DNA of 63,340 nucleotides, filler included, from Guillardia theta CCMP2712 (GCF_000315625.1; 7 parts of 7 records of this genome joined end to end with filler, not necessarily neighbours in it); one strand, 5' to 3'; positions 49,355 to 63,130 are shown, counted from the first letter of the whole stretch. Numbers and translations are program-made. The notes: generated by a model from the letters alone, not told the origin.

Positions 49355-52100
49355 TTCCAGATATGATCTTCCCTCTCCTACCGATGCTTCTCTTCTGAGG
49401 TCCCCTCCCATTCTCCTCCAGATCCTCGTTCTCCTCACTCCCCACCACTCTCCCTCCACCTGCTTCTGCTACCCTCCCTGTCTACTCCCTCTCGTCCTTG
49501 TCCTGGTCCCTCTCCTCCTCTCCATCCTCGTCCTCCTCGTCAACTCCAGCATCTCACCTGCAGCAAATGGTTGCACCAGGTACCCGCTGCAACTTCTTTC
49601 GCATGTTCCAGCAGCGCCTTGAGAGCAAACTCGACAAACTGAGTGTCTACAGTAGTAGAAAGTGAGAAGAACATCAACAAGTCACTCTGCTCGCTGCCTT
49701 CGCTCATCATTACACGACTCTTCTTGTAGCTCGTTATGGTCACCAGCGCCTGAACGGGAGTGGGAACGGATTAGGAAGTTCGACATTAACCACAGGGAAC
49801 ACAACAAGTCAAAGTTGATATCATTCAGGTGAAATGCAAACTCAACCAACGGGCAATCATGAAGCAAACAATCCATCGCACATCATATGAAGAAATATGA
49901 CAACTCAGTCGTCAACATCAACCCGTCCTAGCATGTTTGCATCAGTCGTTGTATCCTCACATGAGCACATTCTCTTCGACCAGCACATCTGCAATCACAT
50001 GTCAGAACGGAAGGAAACCAGAGCACAGCAGACGTTGACACCTGTTAGATAGAAAACTCAAGTCGACAGAGGAGAACGACGTAGAATGAGTAGCATGGGC
50101 ACAAGAGACAGCTTCTCCTGCTCGAAACATGTGACATGCTCCTCCCGGTCTTCCTACTCACTCCCCATTCCCTTCTTTTACCCCCCTCCTTCCACCTCCT
50201 CCTCCAGCCCCCTTTCCCCCTCCTCCTCCCTAACCTTCATCCTCCATCCCCTGCCTCTGCTTCTACCGCTTGCCCCTGCTGTTTCTTCTTCTCTTTCTCC
50301 CTCCTCTCCTCTCCTCCTCCACTCTTGACTTGCCGAGGAGACGAAGAGAGGCAGGAGGCCATAAAGTCTTCTCTTCCGTAGAGTACTTTGCGATGCGAAA
50401 CAGAGCGTTCCCAGCTGAGACCGAGGCCTCGTCCTCCCCGCACGTGACGAAAGAGCACAGCGTCTGCGAGTGAGAATGAACCAGAGGAGCAGGAGGAGGA
50501 GCCGCAGCTGAGGTACCTGAACCATGTCCTCGCTCGTCTTCTCCTGGACTGAAAGAGCCTGTACACCCCACCCGTCAGCGCCGCTGCTCCTCGTGGACGC
50601 ACAGCAGACTCGGTCAGAAACGAGGTTGCGGAGGATGCTTGCTCCGATGCGCCTGACCCTGTGGTTCCTAGCCACGACCATCAACCTGCATCCTGCAACA
50701 GCCAACAGGTTGACTGACCGGCTGCTCGAACACGACCGGAGCTTGAGCAAGACGCCAGGCTGAGCAAAGAGCTTCTTCTTCGCGTCGTTGCTGCTCAACT
50801 CGAGTCAAACGATCTTTCATCCCGTCAGCCCTCACCATCTCAGAAGATCATCGAGCGCCATCCAGGCGTCCAGTCTCGACGCTGGTGGTCCAACTTCCAG
50901 CAGCTTCATCAAAATCTGCAGCAACTTTACTATCGCCGAAGCAGACTGGCATGTCCGACCTCCACAGATCCTGCTTCTGTTAGAACGATCCTATTTCCCT
51001 TCTTGCTTGCCAACGCTCCGAGAGCAGGCTGTACGAGATCAAATACAAGCTTGCGAGAAAGAGGAGAGAGGAGGGGAGAGGTGGGAGGGGTGAGGAAGCG
51101 ATCGGGTAGTAGAGGAGGAGAAGGAGGAGGAAAAGGAGGAGGAGGAGGAGGAGGAGGAGGAGCAGCAGCAGCAGCAGGAGGAGGAGGAGGAGGAGGAGGA
51201 GAAGGAGGAGGAGAAGGAGGAGGAGAAGGAGGGGATGGAGGACGGGGACTAGGAGAGTTACCGCAGTCATGTTGAGAGTTTCCGAGATGTTGGAGATGTC
51301 AGCAACATCGAGGAGAGTGTCGAAGACTGGAGGGTCGGGTAAGGGAGCTGCACGGCTCTGCCAGCAAACAAGAACCTGTCGTCTGAAGGCTGCGGAAATC
51401 CGGACGGAGCGCCCGCTCGGTCTTGGACCCCTTGCTGTTGACGAAGTCTTCAAGTTGGTTGGAAGGGAATCGGAGGATGGGGATGAGACTGATAGAGCGA
51501 CTTGGTCTTGCCAGCCCCCTCCCTATCGACTTGAGCTCTGCCTCCTTCGCCTTCTCCAGCATCTTTAGCTTGTCCTTGCTAGATACCTTCTTCTTCCACT
51601 CCGCATGCCCCGGAACGTTCTCGTTCTGCGGCCTCTGCGTCCCCAGAGCTTGTGAGTGCTTGACCCGCAGGTCTTTGATCGCAACATTGAGGTATGCTGT
51701 ATCTGGTCTACCTTCAGCCTTCAACTTCCCCAACTTGAACATCCTTCAGTGCTACCACCCACTTGGACCGAGCTGGAATCTTTGATGTGTCCTCTTCATC
51801 CTGAGAAGCATCGAAGTTAGGAACGACGTATCGCATTAGAGCGATGAAGGGCAGCAGCAAACAAGGTCAATTCGTCTCCCGATCTTGATACGGCCGAACC
51901 CCCATGATCCAAAGCACCGCCAGGCGGAGTCCTCTGACATTTGCTGCTTGCTGAGTTCAATTCCTCGATTCATCTTCCTTCTTTCTCAACTTTGCCTGTT
52001 TGAACAGCCTTGCATCTACTCCTACCTGTCTACATGAATGTGATAGTGTGTCGTCTCCTCCCTGACGATCCATGATTGAGAGCAATGAACTTGTACATCA
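47483..52100 (-). CDS. Large multi-exon gene, possibly ARM/HEAT-like repeats; boundaries approximate
   Basis: Coding-like segments (NDAKKKLFAQPGVLLKL, VVARNHRVRRIGASILRNL, ISAIFYIAHEDGALKYFLNL) separated by microsatellite-filled introns. Confidence 0.4.
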
Positions 52101-52972
52101 CTGACCTCATCCCCGAACCCTAAACTACCTCCGACTTTCACAGTGTCTTCCTCCTCGTCTTGCTTTCGATCCTCCTCACTCTCTTCCTCACTCACTACTG
52201 CGGTCAACAGCATCTGCGTACAACTCCCTCTACCCCTACCCCCCAATATCTTCAACTTGATGCCTGGCTACCCTCCCATTCCATAACGTAAGAACCCCTC
52301 CCTTTGAACCTCATTACCCCACCTCTAGGGGGTACTGTCAACTTACAACCAGTTTTGAGATCATCCGATAAAAAAAGTCACCAGGGCAGACCGTGAGTGG
52401 GCCGCCGGGGTGGCCGCGGCGTCTCTGACATTCACGTTGTTGCCGGGAGCGGCGGATCATTGTACGGTCTCGAAGCCGCCAGTGCCAGTGCCGCCGAGTC
52501 ACTGCTCGGACCGGGTTTGTTGAACTGGCCTCGGCCCGGGCCCCCGACTCACTGCGGCTGGCCCCAGTGCCAGACCGTACGGTCCATCACCGTGACGGTG
52601 GCGGCCGCCGCCAGGCGACCGTGACCCGGGGAGACAGTGATGGTCAGCGTGACTCGCCGCGCCGGGGACTCCCGGGCCGGGGCCGCTTACTACTCAGTAG
52701 TTACTAAGGCAAGTTAGTAGCCGGGCTAACAAGTGACTCTTTGGAGGCTCATAAGGTGATTAACTTCGCTGAGCGACGGTTGATAACGCTTCCTTCGTTT
52801 AATTTTGAGCTGTGGGGTATCTTTCCTCAGTGAGTTGAAATCAGAATATTGATATATTCATAAACAGTAGAAATTAAATTAATTTAATAGTAAAATTTTG
52901 AAGCTTTGAGAAGGCCGCTGTAATCATATAAATAACGAGAACCATTCACGGAAAAGCTATATTAGGGCCGCC

Positions 52973-55506
52973 ATGGCAGGGAGGAAGATGATTGTCCCGG
53001 AGATAATGACGGAGGAGCAGGAGAGGCAGGACAACGACGAGCTGCACAAGAGGTTCCTCCCCTTCCTCCCTGCTCCCTGCTCCCTGCTCCCTGCTCCCTG
53101 CTCCCTGCTCCCTGCTCCCTGCTCCCTGCTCCCTGCTCCCTGCTCCCTGCTCCCTGCTCCCTGCTCCCTGCTCCCTGCTCCCTGCTCCCTGCTCCCTGCT
53201 CCCTGCTCCCTGCTCCCTGCTCCCTGCTCCCTGCTCCCTGCTCCCTGCTCCCTGCTCCCTGCTCCCTGCTCCCTGCTCCCTGCTCCCTGCTTCCTGCTTC
53301 CTGACCGCTCCTTGCTTCTTCTCCATCTCCTGCTCATGCTCTCGACCCTCGGATCATTCTCCTACTCTTACTCCCTTCTCCTTCTCCTTCATAAGCTCAT
53401 TGTGCCGTTCTTGTTCCTCCTGCCATTCATTTGATGATCCTTCACTACTGAGTTGCTCTTTCTGCCGATCCTACTATCCTGCCTCTCCTTCTGTTCACGC
53501 TACACTGCCCTGTATCCTTGGACGCACCTGAACCTCCTGATCCTGCTGGTTTCCATTCGTTATCCTCTTCGGAACATCTCTTATGGAATCTCACTCGAAT
53601 TCTCTTGTTCCATTACTCAGTTCTTTTCCTTCCCTCAACTTCACCTGATTCTGCTTGCCCGAACATTGTCTGATTTGATCGTTCGTCTGTGGATCATAGT
53701 TCATCTCCTGTTCCCCATCTCATCATCATCATCATCTCCAGCTCACCTCGCTCTTCTCCTGCTCTCTCTCTCCTCTCCCTTTGCTGCACGTCTAACTAGA
53801 GCCCTCGCAGCTTCCTAGATGAGAACTGGGCTAGGCCGCACTCAGCTACTGTGAGGAGGAAAGCTGAGTCGATAGCATTCTGCAACATCGCAGACAAGCT
53901 GACCATTCAGGAATCCTATCCTTGTCGTCTCGTCGAGGCTCACGCGCGTGTTTGCAGGATGAGCAGAGCCGGAGGAAGCATGGCTGGCACTTGGAGGACC
54001 CCGAGTACGACGTCGTTCACATCATGACCTATATGCGGCAGCGGGTACAAGGATGCTTGTGATGCGCAGGCGGGTTTGACCTAGCCCCAGCTGTCCAACT
54101 CCAGTGTTTTCCTTATGGAGTTTTTCCGCGATTATGATTCGACCAAGTAGGAAGGGAGCGGGAGGGCGTGTGGGTCTGACGGCGAGCAGGCGAGGGTACA
54201 TCTCTACCCATGACATGCTTCGCGGCCTCGACGGCTGCCGATGCTTTCAAGACATGTCGCGAGGAGAGAAGGGGCTTGTCGTCAGGTTCTTCAGGTTTGA
54301 GTCCTCTTGCTCGAGGAGGAGAACCAACGGATGTCGGGCAGCGAAGACAGGCCGCAGCAGTTCAAAGATCAGACGTTCAACTATGCTGTCTTCTGTGAAA
54401 TCCTGCAGCCCACCAACGACACTAGGGTTCAGATGAACAACGTGTAAGCTGCCGTCAGCGTCTCCGCTCCTGAGCTGACGGGTGAGACGGGCAGGTACCA
54501 GAGGCTCAAGGAGGAGCTCGACGCCTTCAACCCTGACATGTCGCTCGACTCTCCATACGCCATCCAGCCCCTCACGCCTGAGGGTGAGACGGCTGTTGCG
54601 CTCCCTGCCGCATGACTGACGGGGAGCAGGTGAGCTGCGCTGCAAGTACCTCAAGAGAAAGCTTAAGCACAAGATCACAAGCACCCGCGTGTCTGCTCGA
54701 GAGCTCCTGGGCGATTATGATCCGCACCTTAATGGAGGCACCGTGAGGAGGAGGAGGAGGAGGAGGAGGAGGAGGAGGAGGAGGAGGAGGAGGAGGAGGA
54801 GGAGGAGGAGGAGGAGTTGGCGGCGAATGGTGGTAGTGTTGGTGGTGGAGCGCTTGACGTGAGACCTTAGGTTGGCTGGATGAAGAAGACAAGCAAGCAC
54901 ACTCAGTTCCTGTGCAACCTGCCTGGCTGCATCTCCCGCTCACAGTACATGAGGGTGATGAGAGTGCTCGCGCTCCTGCTGCTCTGAGCGTTGGCTCAGG
55001 GGATGGTGCGCCTGGCCGGAGACCTGGGATTGACTGAGGACGATATGAACCTGATCTACTCGAAGGTAGTAGTAGTCGGTGGAGGAGGAGGAGGAGGAGG
55101 AGGAGGAGGCGGAGACGGAGGGGGGGGAGAAGGAAAACAGGGAAGGGAGATGAGAGATAAAAGGTGGAGGTAGTGGAGGTGGGGAGGTAGGGGAGAAGAA
55201 GGCTGAGTAGCTGGGAGGAGGAGGAGATAGTAGCAGGGAGTCGAAAGGAAGGAGAGCGGGAGAGCGGGAGAGGGAAGAGGGGAGAGGATGCATACGTTTG
55301 CTTGACTTGCTTGCTGTCAGTACGAGAGGAACGGAGCTTTCAACTACTATGCTTTCTGCAAGGACATGGACCGACCCTCGTCCCCCATCAAGTTCCGAGG
55401 TGATGAAACCTTGCTAGACGCGCCTCGGCTGAAACAGTGGGCAGAGGGAGGGAACAGAACGCCTCTCGACTTCTCCGGGAACCGAACTCCTCTCGATTTG
55501 ATGTGA
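52973..55506 (+). CDS. Multi-exon EF-hand-like protein
   Basis: FFRDYDSTK spliced to GYISTHDMLRGLD; NYAVFCEIL; LTEDDMNLIYSK-YERNGAFNYYAFCKDM; stop at 55504-55506. Confidence 0.6.
53066..53290 (+). repeat. (CTCCCTG)n heptamer satellite, about 32 copies, intronic
   Basis: Read directly from the sequence. Confidence 0.95.
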
Positions 55507-57988
55507 GCTTGCGTTCGAGTCCTTCACCTCGGGCTGGTAGGAAGGAGAGCTTGTTGCTGCATCAACTCGGACCACGTCCTTCAAGGCTTGTGAGGAGGTT
55601 GGGGCTGTACCGTTGCTACTTTCACACAGCTGCAATGAATCGGAGTAACTTCGCGGCTCACTGTTACTGAGTCAGCACGATCCCGCGGGGCCCTTCCGAT
55701 CCTCCCCGGCGACGGTACTACGGTAGTATCGTACGGTAGTACCCGGCAGTGACTGGACTCCCGCGGCCGCCCCGGGCCGCCCCGGGCCGCCCCGGGCCGC
55801 GGCCGGGTCAGCGCGGCGGCCTGATCACCGTAGTCAGAGTTTGACTCCTGGCAGGCTCGTTTCACTGAGTTTACTACTGCGGCTCGGCGGTGACTCAGCC
55901 TGGTACGGTCGGCTCCCGGTGGCTCAGTGAGTCACTCCTTGAACGCCTCTTCCTCAACAGTGACAGTGATCAAGTTCAACCGTCAACGCCGGAGACTTTT
56001 CACTAGAGTCAATACTCGGAGTAACTTGCTAGTACTACTCACTGACGGAGTTTGACTTTCAACCGCTTACTAGTTAGCTTCTCCATCCCTCGATTTACAG
56101 CCTTCTTGACCGTAGGCTGCGGCACTGGGCGCCGGTGGCAGTCACACTGGCGCCACTTTACCACTGAGTTGAACGGAAGATGACACTGACAGACCTCCAG
56201 CCTTAGCGCCGCCCAGGCGCTACTTTTCGGAACGGTGTGCGGTCCCGTGGGGTCCACCGTGACCCCTCAGGACGCCCAACTTCACCCCCACCCCTCGGAC
56301 CCACCGTCACTGGGACGGCTACCCCTCTTTCCAGCTCCTAGTACCGGTAGTGACCTGCTTCTGGAATACCCTGGCATCCGTGATCGCACTCTTTTGCTTC
56401 TGTTTGAAACCAGTGGTTCGGTTTCGGCTGCTGACATTTGGATGCGACCTTGGACATGAATCGATGCACTTTCGGGCATTGCTAGGTTCTCTTCGGTTCT
56501 CAAAAAGAATCTTTTCGCTCCGACTGGGCCCTGGAGATACACCTCTAACGCCTCTCTACTCACCTTTCAGTTAAACCTAGCGACACCCCACCCTATCGGG
56601 GGCCCCAACGATACCTCAACCCTTGTGGACCCCTCCTCTTGCCCAATACTGTCATATACAACAACACCGGTGGTCTGCACCCTCTCTGAAGATCACCCCA
56701 GACGAGTCCTACAGCTGTTTTGAAACGAATGACTGTGAATGTGCAAAAAAGAAATTTTACCACCCCTACCGGATAACCACCCCCAGCCCCTTCGAGTATC
56801 TCCTTCGGAATAGTACCCCTACTTTGACCATCACTGATCTGCCTGTGCCATTGTACCGTCCGTTGACCTGGAAAAGGACCCCCGGCACCTCATTCCCAAT
56901 GCTCACTCAACCAACCACCCGGGAAGTTCATTACCCTACCCCTTCGATATGGACCCCACCCCCTTGTGCTCACTTTACTAGTTATCTATTAATCGGACTT
57001 CTTGAGCATTACCCCACCCTATCCGTGACGGGAGTCCTCGTAACCACCCCACCCTCTGACGTAGCTAGTAACCAATACATGAAATCGAATTGTAATCCAG
57101 GGGTAGCAATACCCCACCCCCTGTTCGGGGGGCAGACTATTTATCCCGCCTCCTTTCGATGTGCTTTACCCCTTGAAGAAGACCCCTCCACCCCACCCCT
57201 ACCATCTCTTGAAACTCTGTTATCACCCCTCCTTCACAGTTGTTCGTACCCGGCTTTTGACGGTCGATTCATGATCTTTACCCCTCCGAGAACCTCAAAG
57301 TACCCTCTTAAACTCCACCCTCTCTTTTCCGTCCAACTACCCCACCCCTTCAAGTCCTACCGCCCTTATCCTCCGTTGCCCCCTCTTTCCTACTGCCAGA
57401 CCACTACCCTACCATGATTCAGGTTATTTCCTCTACCCACCCCTTAAATAATGTCCTAAATACTTACAAATTGACCGGCACTTTCGTTTTACCTGGGTAC
57501 CCTACCGGTGCTGTGCCGACGAGGTTTTTGCCTACAATTTTCCAAGGAAAAAAAGGGGGTAGAGCGACCCCATGATCTTTACCGTACCCCCATTTCCCAA
57601 GTACCCCATACCTCTGTTTGACTGATACACACACCCGTACAAATTAGTATAAAACGATGAGCAATGAGGGGGTGATGAGTTACCCCTACCACCTTTTTGC
57701 AATACCCCACCCAGTCAAAAGGGAAGGGGCTCCTATCCGCCCCTCTCAATTTAAGGAGTCCTCTCGTTCCTGCCCCATCCCACAGACTCATCGCATCCTC
57801 GACACGGCTTAGCTGTTCCTCCTCCTCCTTCCCTCCTTCCTCTGCTAGTCCCTTGTTCTCACCTGCTTCCCCCAAGATCCTGGTCTGCCCAATCCCATCT
57901 CCGCTCCCTCTTGCTTCCGGGCATCTCTGAACTTCATCAGACTGACAGGACTCTCCTTGCAACTCCGACAATCCTCCAAGCTAACGAA

Positions 57989-58438
57989 ATGCTGTCTGCC
58001 AAGAAGACTGAGATCTATCCACGAAGGAGAAGAGGAGAAGAAAAGTGCAGCCGCGAGCCGCTGTCTCTGGATGAAGAACAGATCACCAAGCTGTTCTGCT
58101 TTCGGCAGACGGAGGCAGCAGACTTTTTGGGGATCTCCCTAACGGCATTGAAGAATGCCTGCCGCCGGATCGGCATGCAAAAGTGGCCATATTCTAGAAA
58201 CCGAATCAAGTTTACGTGCGATTCCGAGCAGGGAAAGCTGCTTAAGAGCAAGGTCACAGGATCCGAGATCTCCTTTGCAGCATGCTGCACCGGGGAGGCG
58301 CTCTACGATGACCCAGACTGCCTTGCGGACCCGTCTGCCTCCCTCGAGCTCGACCCGATCGAGATCAAGATGCCGAAGCGCGTCTGGTACGATGAGGATC
58401 TCTTCCAAGAGGCCTTCGCCCATGTCGTCAAGAAATAG
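57989..58438 (+). CDS. Small intronless RWP-RK domain protein
   Basis: LDEEQITKLFCFRQTEAADFLGISLTALKNACRRIGMQKWPYSR. Confidence 0.85.
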   Translation: MLSAKKTEIYPRRRRGEEKCSREPLSLDEEQITKLFCFRQTEAADFLGISLTALKNACRRIGMQKWPYSRNRIKFTCDSEQGKLLKSKVTGSEISFAACCTGEALYDDPDCLADPSASLELDPIEIKMPKRVWYDEDLFQEAFAHVVKK

Positions 58439-59431
58439 TCGTGAGGTCTGAGCGCCATTTGCGTGTACAGAAGTTGCCGGCAGTCACCTCCCTCCTGCCT
58501 GCGGTGAAAGTCGAGCCCAGCTCTCTCTCTCTCTCTGCTTTGTAATCTTGAACTAATGATAGCGTGATTGTAATTAACTTGTTTCAGTAGTCGTCAGTGC
58601 TTCTTGTGTGCCAATGTATGCAAGATTGTTGTGTATAGAAAGAAGGCAATAAATAGAAGGAAGTGTAAATTTGTGATTTTGATTGTTCGCCACTCTTCTT
58701 TCAGAACGATTGCAGAAATCAAACACCACACTGATTAATGATTTTCGTTGTCGCTGCTTTTCCCTGAAAGATTGTTTGGTAGCTTGACAACGAGGATCCT
58801 GGCGGTATATGCTTCGATCTACATTTGTGTTGTTGCAACAAGGTAGAATTTCATAATGATTCAGATGATATAAGGGAAATGACGCAAGAAAGTTTCAAGA
58901 ATGAATTTTCAGCGGTCACTATGCTCGAGGATGTACACTCAAGGAATACGGTCTTGTGGTAGAGCAATCAACCCACATGTGTAAGTCTCAGGGATTTTGA
59001 GCTATGAAACCAACACATGGAGAGGATCAGCAAACAAGCAGGAGATATCAAACAAGGTCCGATGCGGCTGCTTCCAAGATGTTTCAGTCGCCATTCTCAC
59101 TGACTGCCGAAGTTTGTCGATGCCAGTCCATGGAGGAGGAAGTTCTTGTTGGACGTCTTCTTGTACCCTCCCCTCCTACCTACCCCACCCTACTCATTTA
59201 ATCCATTTCATTATGAAAATACCCTACTACCGCTAAGTTTTCTTTCAAGCAAGGGGTGGGGTACCCAGGACTTGTAATCCATGAGGCGGATCTTTTGCAA
59301 GCTGCGGGGCAGAGCAAGAGGATGACATGGGGAGGAGGTCTGGAGAAGCAGGAGCAGGAGCAGGAGCAGCAGGAGCAGCAGGAGCAGCAGGAGCAGCAGG
59401 AGCAGCAGGAGCAGCAGGAGCAGCAGCAGCA

Positions 59432-59468
<37 letters not shown>

Positions 59469-59743
59469 CAGCAGCAGCAGCAGCAGGGTTGAGCAGGAGG
59501 AGCAGCAGCAGGAGCAGAGGGGAGAGAAGAAGAAGGAGGATACAAGATGGAAGGATGGAAGAAGAGATGCGTCAGAATGGCAGTGAAGAGGAAGGGGAGG
59601 GAAACCGATAGCACAATGCGGTAGCCGATGAGCTGTAGGCGGACAGTGATATCAGAGAGCAAAAGATCCAAGATTGCCCTGCATTGACATGTCTTTTCAC
59701 TCTTGTTCGCAGGGCCAGCATACACAGGGGATGAGAGAATAGA

Positions 59744-60560
59744 ATGAGAAATGGCTCTAACTATCGATCAACCTGCAAGAAGGCCATCTTAGTCATCATG
59801 AGTGTCAAGAATGGAACCTTCGTTCTTTGGTGTTGTCTGATATGCTCAGTAACCTGCTCATCTGGTCCACTGGCTCCCTCCTTCTCAGAGCAGAGTCATG
59901 GTTATGCCGAGGTCGTCGATGCCAATCAGCCGCCGAACGGGATGATATCTCTTACCATGCGGCTGAATGGAGGAGTTTCAGGGAAGCGGAGGAAATGCTC
60001 AGCCCTCAGAAGGGGAGGATCAGTGAGAAAGCGAGAGAAGTTTCTGATGAGGAAGAAGGAGGAACGAATCCGAATGATGAAGAAGTTGAATGGAGGCAAA
60101 GATGACAAGTCTGAATCTGCTGAAGACCTTCCAGACGATATGGTGAGGGCACCCAGCTTTGAGCCTTCTCTCATTACTCCCCTTTCAGTCTCCCTCCTGT
60201 CCCTCTCCCTCCCTGCCCTCCCTCCCATCTCAACAGTGACTTTGCTTTCAGATTCCAGGTCCTTTGAAGGATCTTGCAGCTTTTGTACGCAACGTGTGAG
60301 GGTGGCATGAGATGACGCGTTGCTCTCAGAAAGTGATGAAGAAGAGAAGCTCGGTCACAGCTGGAGCAGGAGCCAAGACGAAGAAGGTCAACAGGAGGAG
60401 GGAGTATTGATGCATGACTGGATGGTATGCAGGCGCTTCAAGCAGCAAGAGAGAGTGGGGACAAGGAACAAGAGTTTGCTCTCCTCCTCCGACTCGGCGA
60501 ACTTCGACTAGCTAGACGAGTAAGTCCTGCGGCCCTTCAACCCACCCTTCCTCTCCCCTT
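59744..60560 (+). CDS. 5' part of an unknown gene, possible signal peptide; runs into an N gap
   Basis: 188-aa ORF with hydrophobic FVLWCCLICSVTC, an MRLNGG motif, a basic stretch and a downstream helical exon. Confidence 0.35.
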
Positions 60561-62007
60561 NNNNNNNNNNNNNNNNNNNNNNNNNNNNNNNNNNNNNNNN
60601 NNNNNNNNNNNNNNNNNNNNNNNNNNNNNNNNNNNNNNNNNNNNNNNNNNNNNNNNNNNNNNNNNNNNNNNNNNNNNNNNNNNNNNNNNNNNNNNNNNNN
60701 NNNNNNNNNNNNNNNNNNNNNNNNNNNNNNNNNNNNNNNNNNNNNNNNNNNNNNNNNNNNNNNNNNNNNNNNNNNNNNNNNNNNNNNNNNNNNNNNNNNN
60801 NNNNNNNNNNNNNNNNNNNNNNNNNNNNNNNNNNNNNNNNNNNNNNNNNNNNNNNNNNNNNNNNNNNNNNNNNNNNNNNNNNNNNNNNNNNNNNNNNNNN
60901 NNNNNNNNNNNNNNNNNNNNNNNNNNNNNNNNNNNNNNNNNNNNNNNNNNNNNNNNNNNNNNNNNNNNNNNNNNNNNNNNNNNNNNNNNNNNNNNNNNNN
61001 NNNNNNNNNNNNNNNNNNNNNNNNNNNNNNNNNNNNNNNNNNNNNNNNNNNNNNNNNNNNNNNNNNNNNNNNNNNNNNNNNNNNNNNNNNNNNNNNNNNN
61101 NNNNNNNNNNNNNNNNNNNNNNNNNNNNNNNNNNNNNNNNNNNNNNNNNNNNNNNNNNNNNNNNNNNNNNNNNNNNNNNNNNNNNNNNNNNNNNNNNNNN
61201 NNNNNNNNNNNNNNNNNNNNNNNNNNNNNNNNNNNNNNNNNNNNNNNNNNNNNNNNNNNNNNNNNNNNNNNNNNNNNNNNNNNNNNNNNNNNNNNNNNNN
61301 NNNNNNNNNNNNNNNNNNNNNNNNNNNNNNNNNNNNNNNNNNNNNNNNNNNNNNNNNNNNNNNNNNNNNNNNNNNNNNNNNNNNNNNNNNNNNNNNNNNN
61401 NNNNNNNNNNNNNNNNNNNNNNNNNNNNNNNNNNNNNNNNNNNNNNNNNNNNNNNGGTCCCGATGGTATGGCAGGAAAGTTAGCACGTCAGGCCAGCTGA
61501 CAACAATGTCCTCTCCCTTGTATTTTGCCCCAGCTGCAGCTCAGCAGCCTGTCTTTGAACTTCCTCCTCGTCGATCGACACCTAGATGTCTCTACTAGCA
61601 CCCGTCGATTCTTCCAAATTGAGCATACCTTTAGCATAGCTGCAATATGTAGCTCTTTGACTCGGGTCGAGTTAATGGTAATGGTGCAAACAGTCAGACT
61701 AGCCGGAGAGCTCCCACAGTCATGCGATCCTTTTAAGGACGAAAGCGTTGAAGATGATTCCGACCTCTCCCGTCTCCAATTCCGCAGCCTTGATCTCGAA
61801 CTAAATAAGGTTTGGTGGAGGAAGAGGAGGAGGAAGGAGCAATCGTCTCCCAGCAGACTTTACGTACAATCAATGAACCCTCCCCAAGGGACAAGGTGGG
61901 GCGGAGAGAGAGGGAGTGGAGAAGGACCAAGGGGGAGGGCAAACAATGCAAGACGAGGAGGCGGAAGGAGAGGAGAGGAGAGGAGAGGAGAGGGGAGGGG
62001 GAGATGC

Positions 62008-62740
62008 TCAGGTGAGCTCGGCGATGGGAGCTTCGGTCCGCCATAGTTCGTGCATCATTGTGAAGAGGTCCTCGGAGAGCGAGACCTGCAAGCAGAGTTG
62101 AGAGAGGTAGGAGGGAGGAGGGGCAAGAAGACGAGAGAGGGAGGACGGAGGGGCAAGAAGACGAGAGAGGGAGGACGGAGGGGCAAGAAGACGAGAGAGG
62201 GAGGAAGAGATTTTCACCTTGTAAGGAGTAGGGTTGAGGAATCGAACGTGATCATGTCTGAGGTTATTCAGCTCTTTCATCGCCTGACCTCGAATCTTCT
62301 CGAACGTCAGCAAAATCTCAACCGCTGCTCGTCTCCCCCCCACACCCCAAACCACCGCCACCACCTCCTCGTCCTCGTCCTCCACGTCCTCCGTCTCCCA
62401 GCCCCTTCCCCCTATTTTCTTCTTCCTCTTCTCTTTCCCATCTCTTGTTTCAGGTCTCTTCCCCCTCCTTCCCCTTCTGCACTTCTCCTTCACTTCCCTC
62501 CCGTTCTTGTTTCGCCTGCCTTCCTCTTCCTCTTCCTCTCCCTCACCTCTGCTATCGACGGGCTCGGAGGATCCTGCGTAGGTTTCCCGTCCCACACGAG
62601 CTCGAGCAGCTCGACGACCTTCTCGCTGTCAGCGGATAGCAGGAAAGAAAGGGAGGAGTGGGAGGAGAGAGATAAGAACCCAACCGACAGAAGATCTCAT
62701 CTCGGAATGAGGGATTTTACACAGCAGGCACAGGCGCAGT

Positions 62741-62774
<34 letters not shown>

Positions 62775-63130
62775 CAGAGGGCGCAGCAGCAACAGCAGCA
62801 GCACGGGAAGAAGGAAGTCGTCTTCACCGAGTTAGGCACGCATATCACTCGTTTCGTAGGATCAAGCGGATGCCTTCGAATGTTCGTCAGGGGACGGAAA
62901 CTTTCCCTTCCTCCTCACCTGCACATGACTCGCTCCCCCTGCCTCGGCTCCCCGTGCGCCTGCCCTCCTCGTCATCCTGACCTCCCTGCTTCTCCCCAGC
63001 TCACCTTCACCTCCTCCTCCAGCAGCAGAAGGTCGACGAGCGGGAAACCTGAAGGTCCGTCATCTCGCATGAGGGTCACGTCAGCAGCACCCGCTCGCCC
63101 GTAGAGTCTGTAGATCCGCTTCTTTCCTGC
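62008..63130 (-). CDS. 3' exons of a conserved-looking protein of unassigned family
   Basis: Spliced segments PLTNIRRHPLDPTKRVICVPNSVKTT and IRGQAMKELNNLRHDHVRFLNPTPYK-VSLSEDLFTMMHELWRTEAPIAELT*. Confidence 0.5.

Noticed and set aside
48751-49366. Poly-Met/poly-Ile ORFs, and similar poly-Q/E/G/A ORFs at 29096, 46249, 52946 and 59256
   Set aside because: Translations of microsatellites, mostly intronic.
53066-53290. (CCCTGCT)n as a variant telomere repeat
   Set aside because: Heptameric but apparently intronic, and it belongs with the CTCCTG-type simple repeats common in this window.
56623-57417. 264-aa Pro/Thr-rich ORF
   Set aside because: Lies in a C-skewed intergenic arm where stop codons are depleted; no recognisable domain and a TTG start.
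60427-61500. Long ORFs spanning 60561-61455
   Set aside because: They consist almost entirely of N gap.
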